Origin: an uncultured Gemmatimonadales bacterium
Lineage (GTDB): Bacteria; Gemmatimonadota; Gemmatimonadetes; Gemmatimonadales; GWC2-71-9
Assembly (NCBI GenBank): GCA_963779755.1
Contig: CAVZZO010000001.1
Span: 1,856,001 to 1,920,000, forward strand
Direction: 5' to 3'
Length of the DNA stretch: 64,000 nt
Made by a program: the position numbers and the translations under genes. Below, one piece after another: positions 43,048 to 51,497 of the stretch. The notes beneath the pieces were generated by a model. That model searched no databases, was not told where the DNA came from, and saw nothing but the letters and a program-made list of their open reading frames with translations. Positions within the stretch are counted from its first letter, which is position 1; every line of letters begins with the position of its first letter.

Positions 43048-43739
43048 GCAGGCGGCGGGCCCGGCGGAGCACCCATCGAAGCGGGACCATGATCGGGCTC
43101 GCCGGCACCCTGCTGGTCCACGGGGCGTTCATCGGGCTGTTGCTGCTGGGGGTCAGGCCGCCGAAGGCCCTGCCGCCGGTCTACGCCGTCCAGCTGGTGG
43201 CCGCGCCGGCCACCCCGCAGGTCCGGAAGGCGCCGGAGGCGGTGGAGCGGCCCGCCGAGCCGCCCCCGGCGCCGGTCAAGACCAGGCCCGCCAAACAGCC
43301 GGCGGTGCCCACGCCGAAGCCGGCGCCGGTCACGCCGCCCAAGAAGAAAGAACCGGCGCCGCGCGCCAAACCCACCACGCAGACGCCGGCGCCCGGGGAG
43401 ACGCCGGGCACCGGCACGGACGTCGCCAACATCAAGACGCCGGGCCTGACGTTTCCCTACCCCGATTATCTTGCCAATATCGTCGCGCAGATCTACAAGC
43501 GGTGGGAGCGGCCGGTCAGCGCGGCCCCGCTGCGTGCCGAAGTCAGTTTCCTGATTCTGAAGGATGGTACCGTGCGGGATATCCGGTTCGTGCAGCGCTC
43601 CGGCAACTTCTCGTTTGATCTGGGTGCCCAGGGGGCGATCGAGGCCGCGGGCAACGCCCAGGTCTTCGGCCCGCTGCCGGACGGGTACGAGGCCGATGTG
43701 CTGCCGGTGAGTTTTTTCTTTACCCCGCGCCAGCGGTGA
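43044..43739 (+). CDS. tolA: TolA/TonB-like energy transducer
   Basis: N-terminal TM with His (TLLVHGAF), Pro/Lys linker, C-terminal domain with SGN..FD..A; lies between tolR and tolB. Confidence 0.78.
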   Translation: MSRRRARRSTHRSGTMIGLAGTLLVHGAFIGLLLLGVRPPKALPPVYAVQLVAAPATPQVRKAPEAVERPAEPPPAPVKTRPAKQPAVPTPKPAPVTPPKKKEPAPRAKPTTQTPAPGETPGTGTDVANIKTPGLTFPYPDYLANIVAQIYKRWERPVSAAPLRAEVSFLILKDGTVRDIRFVQRSGNFSFDLGAQGAIEAAGNAQVFGPLPDGYEADVLPVSFFFTPRQR

Positions 43740-45043
43740 GGCGCCTCCTCGCCACCGCCCTCCTGTGCGTGGGCGCCGCGCTGCCGGTCCATGCCCAGGA
43801 CACCAGCGGCGTACGCGGTGTCCGGCTGGGCATCACCTACAGCCCGGGCGTGCGTCCCAGCCTGGTGGTGCTCCCCGCGTCCGGGCTCGACTCGGTCCGG
43901 GCCATTCTCTCGCGCGATCTCGACTACAGCGACCGCTTCGAGGTCGTGGTGCTGCCCCCGGGCGAGGTCTCCCGGGTGGGCAAAGGCAACGCCATCAATT
44001 ACAAGCTCTACCGCACCCTGGGCGCGCAGTACGGAGTCGAGGTCGTGCCGGCACCGGTGGGAGTGACCGTGCGGCTGCACGATCTGGACGCCGGCGCCGT
44101 CCGGGTGGAGCAGGCGGTGGCGCTCTCGGCCGTGGGCTCACCCGATTTCCGTATGCAGGTGCACCAACTCGCCGACCAGGTGGTGCGCTGGATTACCGGC
44201 GTTCCCGGCATCGCCGCCAGCCGGCTGCTCTATGTGGTCGAGGGGCGGGTCTGGCGGGTGGACAGCGACGGCTATGATCCCGGGATCGTCACCGGCGGCG
44301 CCGGCCAGGCGCTCTCGCCGGCCTGGGAGCCCGGGGGCCGCCGGTTCGCCTATACCCGCTTCGAGGACGGCCGCGGGAGCATCGTGCTGCAGGATATCCT
44401 GGGCGGCGGGAGCAGCGTGCTGCCGGGCACCACGCGCGAACTCAACATCACGCCGGCCTTCAGCCCGGACGGCCACTGGCTCGCCTGGGCCCGGGTGGGC
44501 GAGGACGGAACCGACATTTACAAGGAGAACGTCGCCCCGGGCGGGGGGCCGCAGCGCTTGACCGCCGGGCGCTTCGCGGATAACCTAAGCCCGACGTACT
44601 CGCCCGACGGGCGGCGCATTGCCTTCGTTTCCACCCGCGCCGGCCTGCCGCAGATCTACGTCATGGGCGCCGATGGAACCGACCAGGAGCTGCTCGCCCC
44701 GTTCGATTACGGCGTGACCGGCAGCTCCAATGCCCCCGAATGGTCGCCCGATGGAGCCAGCGTCGTGTTTCATCGCGAGGTCGACGGCACACCCCAGATT
44801 TTCGTGCTTGACGTGGGCAGTCACCGCGTCCGGCAGTTGACGTCCTCGGGGCGGAATACCGACCCGACCTGGGCGCCGGACGGCCGGCATGTCGCTTATG
44901 TTTCGGACCGCAGCGGCCGCCGGCAGTTGTGGGTGATCGACATCGAAACCGGGCGGATCCGGCAGATTCAGACGGCTGGCAGTGTTCGCCTTCCGGCGTG
45001 GTCTCCCCGTCTGGGCGGGACCGCGGCTCTCACAAACCCCTGA
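43736..45043 (+). CDS. tolB: TolB beta-propeller protein
   Basis: Signal peptide, DLDYSDRF, repeated PD40 motifs (SPAW, PAFSPDG, PTYSPDG, PEWSPDG). Confidence 0.92.
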   Translation: MRRLLATALLCVGAALPVHAQDTSGVRGVRLGITYSPGVRPSLVVLPASGLDSVRAILSRDLDYSDRFEVVVLPPGEVSRVGKGNAINYKLYRTLGAQYGVEVVPAPVGVTVRLHDLDAGAVRVEQAVALSAVGSPDFRMQVHQLADQVVRWITGVPGIAASRLLYVVEGRVWRVDSDGYDPGIVTGGAGQALSPAWEPGGRRFAYTRFEDGRGSIVLQDILGGGSSVLPGTTRELNITPAFSPDGHWLAWARVGEDGTDIYKENVAPGGGPQRLTAGRFADNLSPTYSPDGRRIAFVSTRAGLPQIYVMGADGTDQELLAPFDYGVTGSSNAPEWSPDGASVVFHREVDGTPQIFVLDVGSHRVRQLTSSGRNTDPTWAPDGRHVAYVSDRSGRRQLWVIDIETGRIRQIQTAGSVRLPAWSPRLGGTAALTNP

Positions 45044-45059
45044 TGCCGAAGGAGTGACG

Positions 45060-45659
45060 ATGCGCGTCTTCACGCTGTTCGCCCTGGGAGCCGCCGTGCT
45101 GGTCGGCGCCTGCGGCGGCAAGCCTCAGCCCGAGCCTCCCCAGCCGACGCCGACGCCGGTCGACAGTACGGCCATCAAGGCGCGGCAGGACTCCATCGCC
45201 CGGGCCGATTCCATCGCCCGTGCCCGCCAGGACTCCATCGACGCGGCCCGGCGCGCCGCGGCCGAGGCCGAGCGTAGCCGCCAGGCGCTGATGGCGGACA
45301 TGCAGGCCATGATCCACTTCGACTACGACAAGTCGGATATCAAGCCCGACGATCAGGCCACCCTGGACCGCAAGGCGGCCATCCTGAGCGCCAATCCGGA
45401 CCTGAAGATCCGGATCAGCGGCCACGCCGACGAGCGCGGCAGCGACGAATACAACCTGGCGCTGGGCAACCGCCGCGCCCTGGCCGCCAAGCGCTATCTG
45501 GTGAACCAGGGGATCAGCGCCGACCGGATCGACGTGGTCTCGTTCGGCGAGGAGCGTCCCATCGCCCAGGGCCACGACGAATCGGCCTGGTCGCAGAACC
45601 GGCGTGACGAATTCGAGATCACCGCCGGCGGGTCAACCCTGAAGGCGCCGGGCAGCTGA
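45060..45659 (+). CDS. pal: Peptidoglycan-associated lipoprotein Pal
   Basis: Lipobox VGAC, IHFDYDKS, GHADERGSDEYNLALG.RRA, SFGEERP, NRR.E. Confidence 0.95.
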   Translation: MRVFTLFALGAAVLVGACGGKPQPEPPQPTPTPVDSTAIKARQDSIARADSIARARQDSIDAARRAAAEAERSRQALMADMQAMIHFDYDKSDIKPDDQATLDRKAAILSANPDLKIRISGHADERGSDEYNLALGNRRALAAKRYLVNQGISADRIDVVSFGEERPIAQGHDESAWSQNRRDEFEITAGGSTLKAPGS

Positions 45660-45663
45660 GTCC

Positions 45664-46482
45664 TTGCCCCGGCTTACTCCCGTTCTTGCGATCCTGGCGG
45701 GCGGCGTCCTTGCGGGCTGCGCCCTGAAGAGCGACGTCCGCCGGGTCGAAGAACAACTGGCCGCCTTTCGTGCCGAGTCCGCCCGGGCGAACTCGGCACA
45801 GGCGGCGCAGCTGGCCGAGCTCATCCGGTTTCAGCAGCGCATCATGGATTCCCTCGGCACCGAGATCGCTGCCACTCGCCAGACGGTGCGGGCCATGCAG
45901 GGCAGCGTGGCCGGCGATCTCTACAACATCCAGCAGCAGCTGGTGCAGGTCCAGGAACTCACCGGGCAGAGCCAGCGCCGGCTGAACGAGATGCGCGCCC
46001 AGCTGGAAACCAGGGGCGAGCAGCTCAATCAGACCATGAGCGATACCGCGCAGCCCGCCGGCGCGGGAGCGGGGCCGGAGCCGGCCGCCGCGGGCGGTCC
46101 CCCTCCGGCGCCGGAAGAGCAGATGTACCAGGCGTCTCTGCAGCAGCTTCGGCAGGGCAGCGTGAGCACCGCGCGGCTTGGCTTCCGGCAGCTGCTGCGG
46201 AGCTACCCCACCGGCAGCCACGCGGCCGATGCGCTGTATTTCATCGGCGAGAGCTATGCGGGCGACACCCCCGATTCGGCCGCGGCGTACTATCAGCAGG
46301 TCGTGAACAGCTATCCCTCCACCCCCCGGGCGCCGAGCGCGCTCTACAAGCTCGGGTTGCTGGCCGAGCAGCAGCACGACCTCCCGACCGCACGGTCCGT
46401 CTACCAGCGGGTGGTGCAGAAATACCCGCGGTCCGACGAGGCCGCCCTGGCCCGGGACAAGCTGAAGACGCTGGGTCCGTAG
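45664..46482 (+). CDS. cpoB: Cell division coordinator CpoB (YbgF), lipoprotein-type N-terminus
   Basis: Lipobox LAGC, coiled coil, TPRs ADALYFIGESY and APSALYKLG; follows pal. Confidence 0.85.
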   Translation: MPRLTPVLAILAGGVLAGCALKSDVRRVEEQLAAFRAESARANSAQAAQLAELIRFQQRIMDSLGTEIAATRQTVRAMQGSVAGDLYNIQQQLVQVQELTGQSQRRLNEMRAQLETRGEQLNQTMSDTAQPAGAGAGPEPAAAGGPPPAPEEQMYQASLQQLRQGSVSTARLGFRQLLRSYPTGSHAADALYFIGESYAGDTPDSAAAYYQQVVNSYPSTPRAPSALYKLGLLAEQQHDLPTARSVYQRVVQKYPRSDEAALARDKLKTLGP

Positions 46483-46500
46483 GTCCGGCGCGGTTCGCCC

Positions 46501-49500
46501 ATGGCAATACGCACGGGGGAAATGCCGTTCCTCGACCACCTCGAGGAGCTCCGGCATCGCCTGCTCAAGGCCCTCTCGGCGGTGATCATCGGGTTTGCGG
46601 TCGGCCTCTGGATCGTCCAGCGCTTTCAGCTGGTCTCCCTGCTCAAGAAGCCGATCGAGAGTTATCTCCCCGGCGGCAAGCTCACCGTGCTCAGCCCGAC
46701 CGAGCCGGTGATGATCGTGCTCAAGCTGAGCTTCATCGTGGGCCTGGTATTCGCCTCCCCGGTGATCATCTACCAGACCTGGGCGTTTCTTTCGCCCGCC
46801 CTGTACGACAAGGAACGCAAGGCGGTGGTCCCGGCCCTGTTCGTGGGGCTGGTGCTCTTCCTGACCGGGGGCATCCTGGGCTACGTCTTCATCGTGCCCC
46901 AGGCGTTGCGGGTGCTGTTCAGCTTCCAGAGCGAAGCCCTGGCACCCTTCATCACCTACGACAATTACTTCGGCTTCGTCCTCCAGATTGTCCTGGCGCT
47001 GGGGATCTCCTTCGAGTTGCCCCTCGTCATCATCGTGCTGGCGGCGATCGGGCTGATCACGCCGCCGGCCCTGAGCCGCTTCCGGCGGTTCTTCGTGGTG
47101 CTGGCCTGCATCGCCGGCGCCATACTCTCTCCCGGCACCGACATCATCTCGATGATCATGATGACGGTGCCGCTGCTTTTCCTGTATGAGATCGGCTACG
47201 CGGGCACGGTGCTGATCTACCGCCGCCGGCGGCGCGCCGAGGCGCGCGCCGCGGCGGGCGAGCCGGGCAGCGGCGCCGGCCGGACCATGCTCATCCTGTT
47301 CTGCCTGCTGGCCCTGGGGGCGGGGGCGGCCCGGGCCCAGGTCCCCAAGCGGCCGCCCAAGCCCCTGAAGGGCGATACCACCCAGGTCCAGCCGGGGGCC
47401 AACGCTCCCCTGGGGGTCACCCGGGCCGGGGCCGATACGGGACAACCCCTCCCCCAGGCCATGGACACCGCGACCGCCCGCCGGCTCGGCCTCCCCACCG
47501 CCCCCACCCGCTCCTTCCCCGACCCCGATTCCCTGCTGCAGAGCCTGGTGGCGCTGCCGGGCTATACCAGCATCCGGTTCGCCTCCGACTCCGCCACGCT
47601 CTTGGCCGGCGAACGGCGCATCCTGCTCACGGGGCACGGCATCACCAGGCGGGGAACCAGCGTGCTGCAGGCCGATGCCATCGCGTTCGACGACAGTACC
47701 TGCACGCTGCGGGCGCGCGGCAGCCCGCAGCTGTTCGACCAGAGCTCGGTCCTGGTGGCCGACACCATCCGCTACAACACCTGCGAACGGCGCGCCCTGG
47801 TGGCCGGCGCGCTGACCAATTTCGACCAGAACGGCGCCACCTGGTTTCTCCGGGGCAACCTGGCGCAGGACTCCAGTTCCAGCCGGCTCTTCGCCTCCAG
47901 CGGCAACATCACCAGCTGCGATCTCCCCGTTCCGCACTACCACTTCTCGGCCAGGGAGGTGAAGTGGATTTCGCAGACCGTGCTGGTCGCCCGGCCGGCC
48001 GTGCTGTACGTGCGCGATGTCCCGGTGCTGTGGCTGCCGTTCATCTTCCAGGATGCGCGGCCGGGCCGGCGCTCCGGCATTCTCATTCCCCAGTTCGGCA
48101 TCAACGATATCGTCCGGCCCAATCCGGGGTATAACCGGCAGGTCACCAACCTGGGGTATTACTGGGCGCCGAACGACTATCTGGACCTGACGGCCCGGGT
48201 GGACTGGTACGCCAACCGGTACGTCCAGTTCGGGGTGACGGGGAACTACCGCTGGCTGGACCGGTTCATCTCCGGCGGGGTGAGCTACAGCCGGCAGCAC
48301 GAGAGCGGGGGAGGCGGGGCGACCGCCCTGCGCTGGACCCACCGGCAGAATTTCAACGTCAGCACCACGCTCAACCTGAACCTGAACTACATCAGCAATT
48401 CGTCGATCGTCAGCCGGAACGCGATCGACCCGCTGCTGACCACCCAGCAGATTACCAGCGCCGTCAACTTCACCAAGCGGTTCGCCTGGGGCAACGTGAC
48501 TCTGGGCGGCAACCGGCGGCAGAGCCTCACCGACAAGAGCGCCAGCACCCAGTTTCCCGCGTTTACCATCAGCCCCAAGCCGCTCGACCTGGGGCGTGAC
48601 ATCACCTGGTCGCCGGCGCTCACCGTGACCAACGATCTGACCAGCAACAGCCCCCAGCCCGACCTGCTGGTGGCGAACGCGGTAGGCGGCGTGGATACTC
48701 TGAAGGTCACCTCGGACAGCCGGGTGACCGCGGTGAGCTTCGATACCCCGCTCCGGCTGGGCGGGTTCAACTGGCGCAACAGCTTCAGCATGAGCGACCG
48801 GAAGGTTACCGGGCTCCAGTCCGTCGCGGCGGTGAAGGTGGACAATCCCGCCACGGCCGATCCGAACGACTCGCTGCTGGTGAGCCGGGTCTACGACGGC
48901 GACTTTTCGACCAGCCTCAACTGGGACACCGGCATCAACCTGCCGCCGATGTTCCGCGGCAGCTGGAAGCTGCAGCCCAGCGTCGGCATCGAGAACTCCA
49001 CCTCCCAGGGGCCCTTCGGCCTGCGCAACCGGAATACCGGCGGGAGCTACGTGTTCCAGGGGAAGCGGCTGTCGTTCGGGGTGAGCAGCTCGCCCACCAT
49101 CTTCGGGTTCTTCCCCGGCATCGGGCCGCTGCAGCGCATCCGGCACAGCGTCTCCCCGGTCATTACCTGGAATTACCGCCCGGCCGCCAACATCCCCGAG
49201 GCCTTTGCCCGGGCCCTGGCCGGGCCGGGCATCGCGCCCCAGCTGCGCAGCGATGCGGTCCAGACCGCCAGCATCAGCCTGTCGCAGAATTTCGAGGGCA
49301 AGCTGAAGGCGGCCCCGGGCGACACGACCGCCGTCGACCAGCCGGCGAGAAAGATCCGGCTGCTCAGCATCTCGACCAGCGCTCTCACCTATGACTTCGA
49401 GCAGGCCAAGAAGCCCGGCCGGACCGGTTGGACCACCAGCACCCTCTCCAACACGTTCCAGAGCGATCTGCTGCCGGGGTTCAACCTGAGCCTCACCCAC

Positions 49501-50082
49501 AGCCTGTGGGAGGGGACCGTGGGCACCGACTCCGCGAAGTTCAAGCCGTTTCTGCAGAGTGTCAGCGCCAGCTTCGCCCTGAGCGGAGGCACCGTCCAGT
49601 CGCTGCTCTCGATCTTCGGATTGGGCAGCAAGTCATCGGCGGCCCAGACGGGGAAGAACCGCGAGCCGCCGGCGTCCTATATCGCCGACGCGGGTCAGCG
49701 GCGCACCGGTTCGTTCTACAGCTCCGACCAGGTGAACAGCATCCGCAGCGGCGCAGGCTTCAGCGCGAACTTCAACTTTTCCCTGTCCCGGACCCGCCCC
49801 GTTCCGGGCCTGCCGCCCCAGAAGAGCCGCCAGAGCCTGGGGTTCAGCACCAGCTTCCAGCCGACCCCCCTCTGGCAGGTCTCCTGGACCTCCCAGTACA
49901 ACATCACCGACGGCCGCTTCGAGTCCCAGGTGGTGCGGCTGATCCGGGACATGCACGACTGGCGCGCCGGGTTCAACTTCGTCAAGAACGCCAACGGCAA
50001 TTTCGCCTTCTTCTTCAGTATCTACCTGGTAGACCTGCCGGACGTGAAGTTCGACTACGACCAGACGACGATTAAACAGTAG
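46501..50082 (+). CDS. tatC: TatC - internal signal peptide - LptD-like outer-membrane protein fusion
   Basis: aa 1-~240 TatC (EMPFLDHLEELR.RL, YQTWAFLSPALY..E, GISFELP, ILSPG.D, LYEIG); aa 263-279 hydrophobic segment ending ARA-Q; aa 280-1193 LptD-like (TSCDLPVPHYHF.A..VK, VLYVRDVPVLWLPF, RRSGILIP, LGYYWA, RDMHDW); no in-frame stop. Confidence 0.85.
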   Translation: MAIRTGEMPFLDHLEELRHRLLKALSAVIIGFAVGLWIVQRFQLVSLLKKPIESYLPGGKLTVLSPTEPVMIVLKLSFIVGLVFASPVIIYQTWAFLSPALYDKERKAVVPALFVGLVLFLTGGILGYVFIVPQALRVLFSFQSEALAPFITYDNYFGFVLQIVLALGISFELPLVIIVLAAIGLITPPALSRFRRFFVVLACIAGAILSPGTDIISMIMMTVPLLFLYEIGYAGTVLIYRRRRRAEARAAAGEPGSGAGRTMLILFCLLALGAGAARAQVPKRPPKPLKGDTTQVQPGANAPLGVTRAGADTGQPLPQAMDTATARRLGLPTAPTRSFPDPDSLLQSLVALPGYTSIRFASDSATLLAGERRILLTGHGITRRGTSVLQADAIAFDDSTCTLRARGSPQLFDQSSVLVADTIRYNTCERRALVAGALTNFDQNGATWFLRGNLAQDSSSSRLFASSGNITSCDLPVPHYHFSAREVKWISQTVLVARPAVLYVRDVPVLWLPFIFQDARPGRRSGILIPQFGINDIVRPNPGYNRQVTNLGYYWAPNDYLDLTARVDWYANRYVQFGVTGNYRWLDRFISGGVSYSRQHESGGGGATALRWTHRQNFNVSTTLNLNLNYISNSSIVSRNAIDPLLTTQQITSAVNFTKRFAWGNVTLGGNRRQSLTDKSASTQFPAFTISPKPLDLGRDITWSPALTVTNDLTSNSPQPDLLVANAVGGVDTLKVTSDSRVTAVSFDTPLRLGGFNWRNSFSMSDRKVTGLQSVAAVKVDNPATADPNDSLLVSRVYDGDFSTSLNWDTGINLPPMFRGSWKLQPSVGIENSTSQGPFGLRNRNTGGSYVFQGKRLSFGVSSSPTIFGFFPGIGPLQRIRHSVSPVITWNYRPAANIPEAFARALAGPGIAPQLRSDAVQTASISLSQNFEGKLKAAPGDTTAVDQPARKIRLLSISTSALTYDFEQAKKPGRTGWTTSTLSNTFQSDLLPGFNLSLTHSLWEGTVGTDSAKFKPFLQSVSASFALSGGTVQSLLSIFGLGSKSSAAQTGKNREPPASYIADAGQRRTGSFYSSDQVNSIRSGAGFSANFNFSLSRTRPVPGLPPQKSRQSLGFSTSFQPTPLWQVSWTSQYNITDGRFESQVVRLIRDMHDWRAGFNFVKNANGNFAFFFSIYLVDLPDVKFDYDQTTIKQ

Positions 50083-50139
50083 GAAGCAGGGACCGGGAAC
50101 CAGGAACCAGGGATTCCTGATTCCTGGTTCCTTGTCCCT
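50081..50139. repeat. Inverted heptamer tandem-repeat element (AGGAACC / GGTTCCT) starting in the stop codon of the TatC-LptD gene
   Basis: AGGAAGC AGGGACC GGGAACC AGGAACC AGG GATTCCT GATTCCT GGTTCCT TGTCCCT. Confidence 0.85.
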
Positions 50140-50213
50140 TGCCAGTGACAGGCGGAATGGCCGACGCCGGATCTCAAACGGTTGACGGGTAATAACTTCC
50201 GCCTAGGCCTCCG

Positions 50214-50229
50214 TGGCACATCTCGTGCT
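50214..50229 (+). promoter_or_regulatory. Candidate sigma54 promoter for the lipoprotein gene
   Basis: TGGCACATCTCGTGCT = TGGCAC, GG-N10-GC. Confidence 0.55.
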
Positions 50230-50262
50230 GATCTCGCGGACACTCACCCACTGGAGCCGACC

Positions 50263-51390
50263 ATGCGTCTGATCTGGCCGCTCGCGATCCTCGGGCTGGT
50301 GACCGCAGGGTGCCGCGAGACCCTCGGGAGCAACGGCGCCGCCGTGGCGCCTCCCTCCAATCTGATCTACACTGTGGAACCGAGCGGTACGCCGGGCAGC
50401 CCGTCCGGTATTCTGCTCCACTGGGACTACGATAACAGCTCGGCGCTCGCGGTCTGGCACGTGTATTCCCGGGCCAACACCGCCGACGCCTACGGCCTGC
50501 GCGGCTCCACCACCAGCAATACGTTCCACGATAATGGGGTGCCGCACCTGCAGTATTACGTCACCGCCGAGGACGATCAGGGCATCGAGACCGGCCCCAG
50601 TAATGTGGTGACCGTGGATGAGCGGCTGGCGCTGGACGCGCCCGCGTGGCTCAACAGCACCTCGCTCAACGGAGCCATCGCCCTCGACTGGGCCGACAAT
50701 GCCTTCCAGGCCGAGCCCCAGGGCTTCAAGATCTATCGGGTCTACAGTACCCCCTACGATCTGGATCAGGGCACCTGCGGCGCGACCTGGGTACTGGAAG
50801 GCACCACGGTATCCCCCGAGTTCGTCGCGGGCGCGCTGCCCAACGGAGTGCCGCGCTGCTTCGGCGTTTCCGCCGAGAGCATCGAGGGCTTCGAGAGCCT
50901 GTGGTCGCCGATTCGCGATGACACCCCGCGGCCCGACGCGCGGAACGTGCTCATCTATGCACGACAGACGCAGGATGCCGGCAGCGGGTTCCGCTTCTGG
51001 CGCGATCTCAACAACGACCAGCAGAGCCAGCCCGGGGAGCTGGGCCTGATCAGCTCGGGCTCGGCGAGTGATATCGATTTCTCGGTGGAACGCGATGTCT
51101 CCGGCGCTTTATTCCTGACGCCGGTGCGGACCGGCACGGCCGTCCAGGCGTACGGCAGCATCCCGGTCGAGGACCTTACCGGGGTGGATTTCGCACCGCT
51201 CACCGGTTACTCCACGCTGCCGATCCAGGCGGTGCCGGGCTGGGGCTACGTCTTCGAGATGGACGAAGGGGACGGCTTCTACCGGTACGGGGCGGTTCGC
51301 GTCACCCACGTGGGCCAGGATTATCTGATCCTCGACTGGGCGTACCAGACCGACCCGGGCAATCCGGAGCTGGTGCGGGGCGGCAGGTAG
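50263..51390 (+). CDS. Hypothetical lipoprotein with two FN3-like repeats and a distinct C-terminal beta domain
   Basis: MRLIWPLAILGLVTAGC lipobox; APPSNL...LHWD...YSR...YYVTAED..G.E...SN and APAWL...LDW...YRVYS...FGVSA...G.ES. Confidence 0.7.
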   Translation: MRLIWPLAILGLVTAGCRETLGSNGAAVAPPSNLIYTVEPSGTPGSPSGILLHWDYDNSSALAVWHVYSRANTADAYGLRGSTTSNTFHDNGVPHLQYYVTAEDDQGIETGPSNVVTVDERLALDAPAWLNSTSLNGAIALDWADNAFQAEPQGFKIYRVYSTPYDLDQGTCGATWVLEGTTVSPEFVAGALPNGVPRCFGVSAESIEGFESLWSPIRDDTPRPDARNVLIYARQTQDAGSGFRFWRDLNNDQQSQPGELGLISSGSASDIDFSVERDVSGALFLTPVRTGTAVQAYGSIPVEDLTGVDFAPLTGYSTLPIQAVPGWGYVFEMDEGDGFYRYGAVRVTHVGQDYLILDWAYQTDPGNPELVRGGR

Positions 51391-51419
51391 CCCCGGGGAG
51401 CAGGGCCCGGACCTGACAG

Positions 51420-51483
51420 GACCGCGGGGGCGACGCATGCGTCGCCCCCGCGGTCTTTCCCTTTTCCTCTTTCCCTCTTCCCC
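51420..51483. repeat. Perfect 36-bp REP-like palindrome followed by degenerate TTTCCCT heptamers; may also act as terminator
   Basis: GACCGCGGGGGCGACGCA|TGCGTCGCCCCCGCGGTC (51420-51455), then TTTCCCT TTTCCTC TTTCCCT CTTCCCC. Confidence 0.85.
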
Positions 51484-51497
51484 GTAGTTTCCCGCGC

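Noticed and set aside
45178..45245. Repeated DSIAR peptide in Pal
   Set aside because: In-frame low-complexity helical linker, common in Pal N-termini; not evidence of a separate element.
47221..47235. RRRRR as a canonical Tat signal for LptD
   Set aside because: It lacks the S/T-R-R-x-F-L-K consensus and is 17 residues from the hydrophobic core; it is more simply the positive-inside tail of TatC, so it is kept only as an alternative in the fusion finding.
45619..49500. Very long antisense ORFs (1293 aa here; also 3825-6932, 9128-11719, 16295-19408, 34904-36892, and 57262-59631 on +)
   Set aside because: They mirror well-supported genes on the opposite strand and show no recognisable motifs; this is the usual shadow of GC-rich codon usage.
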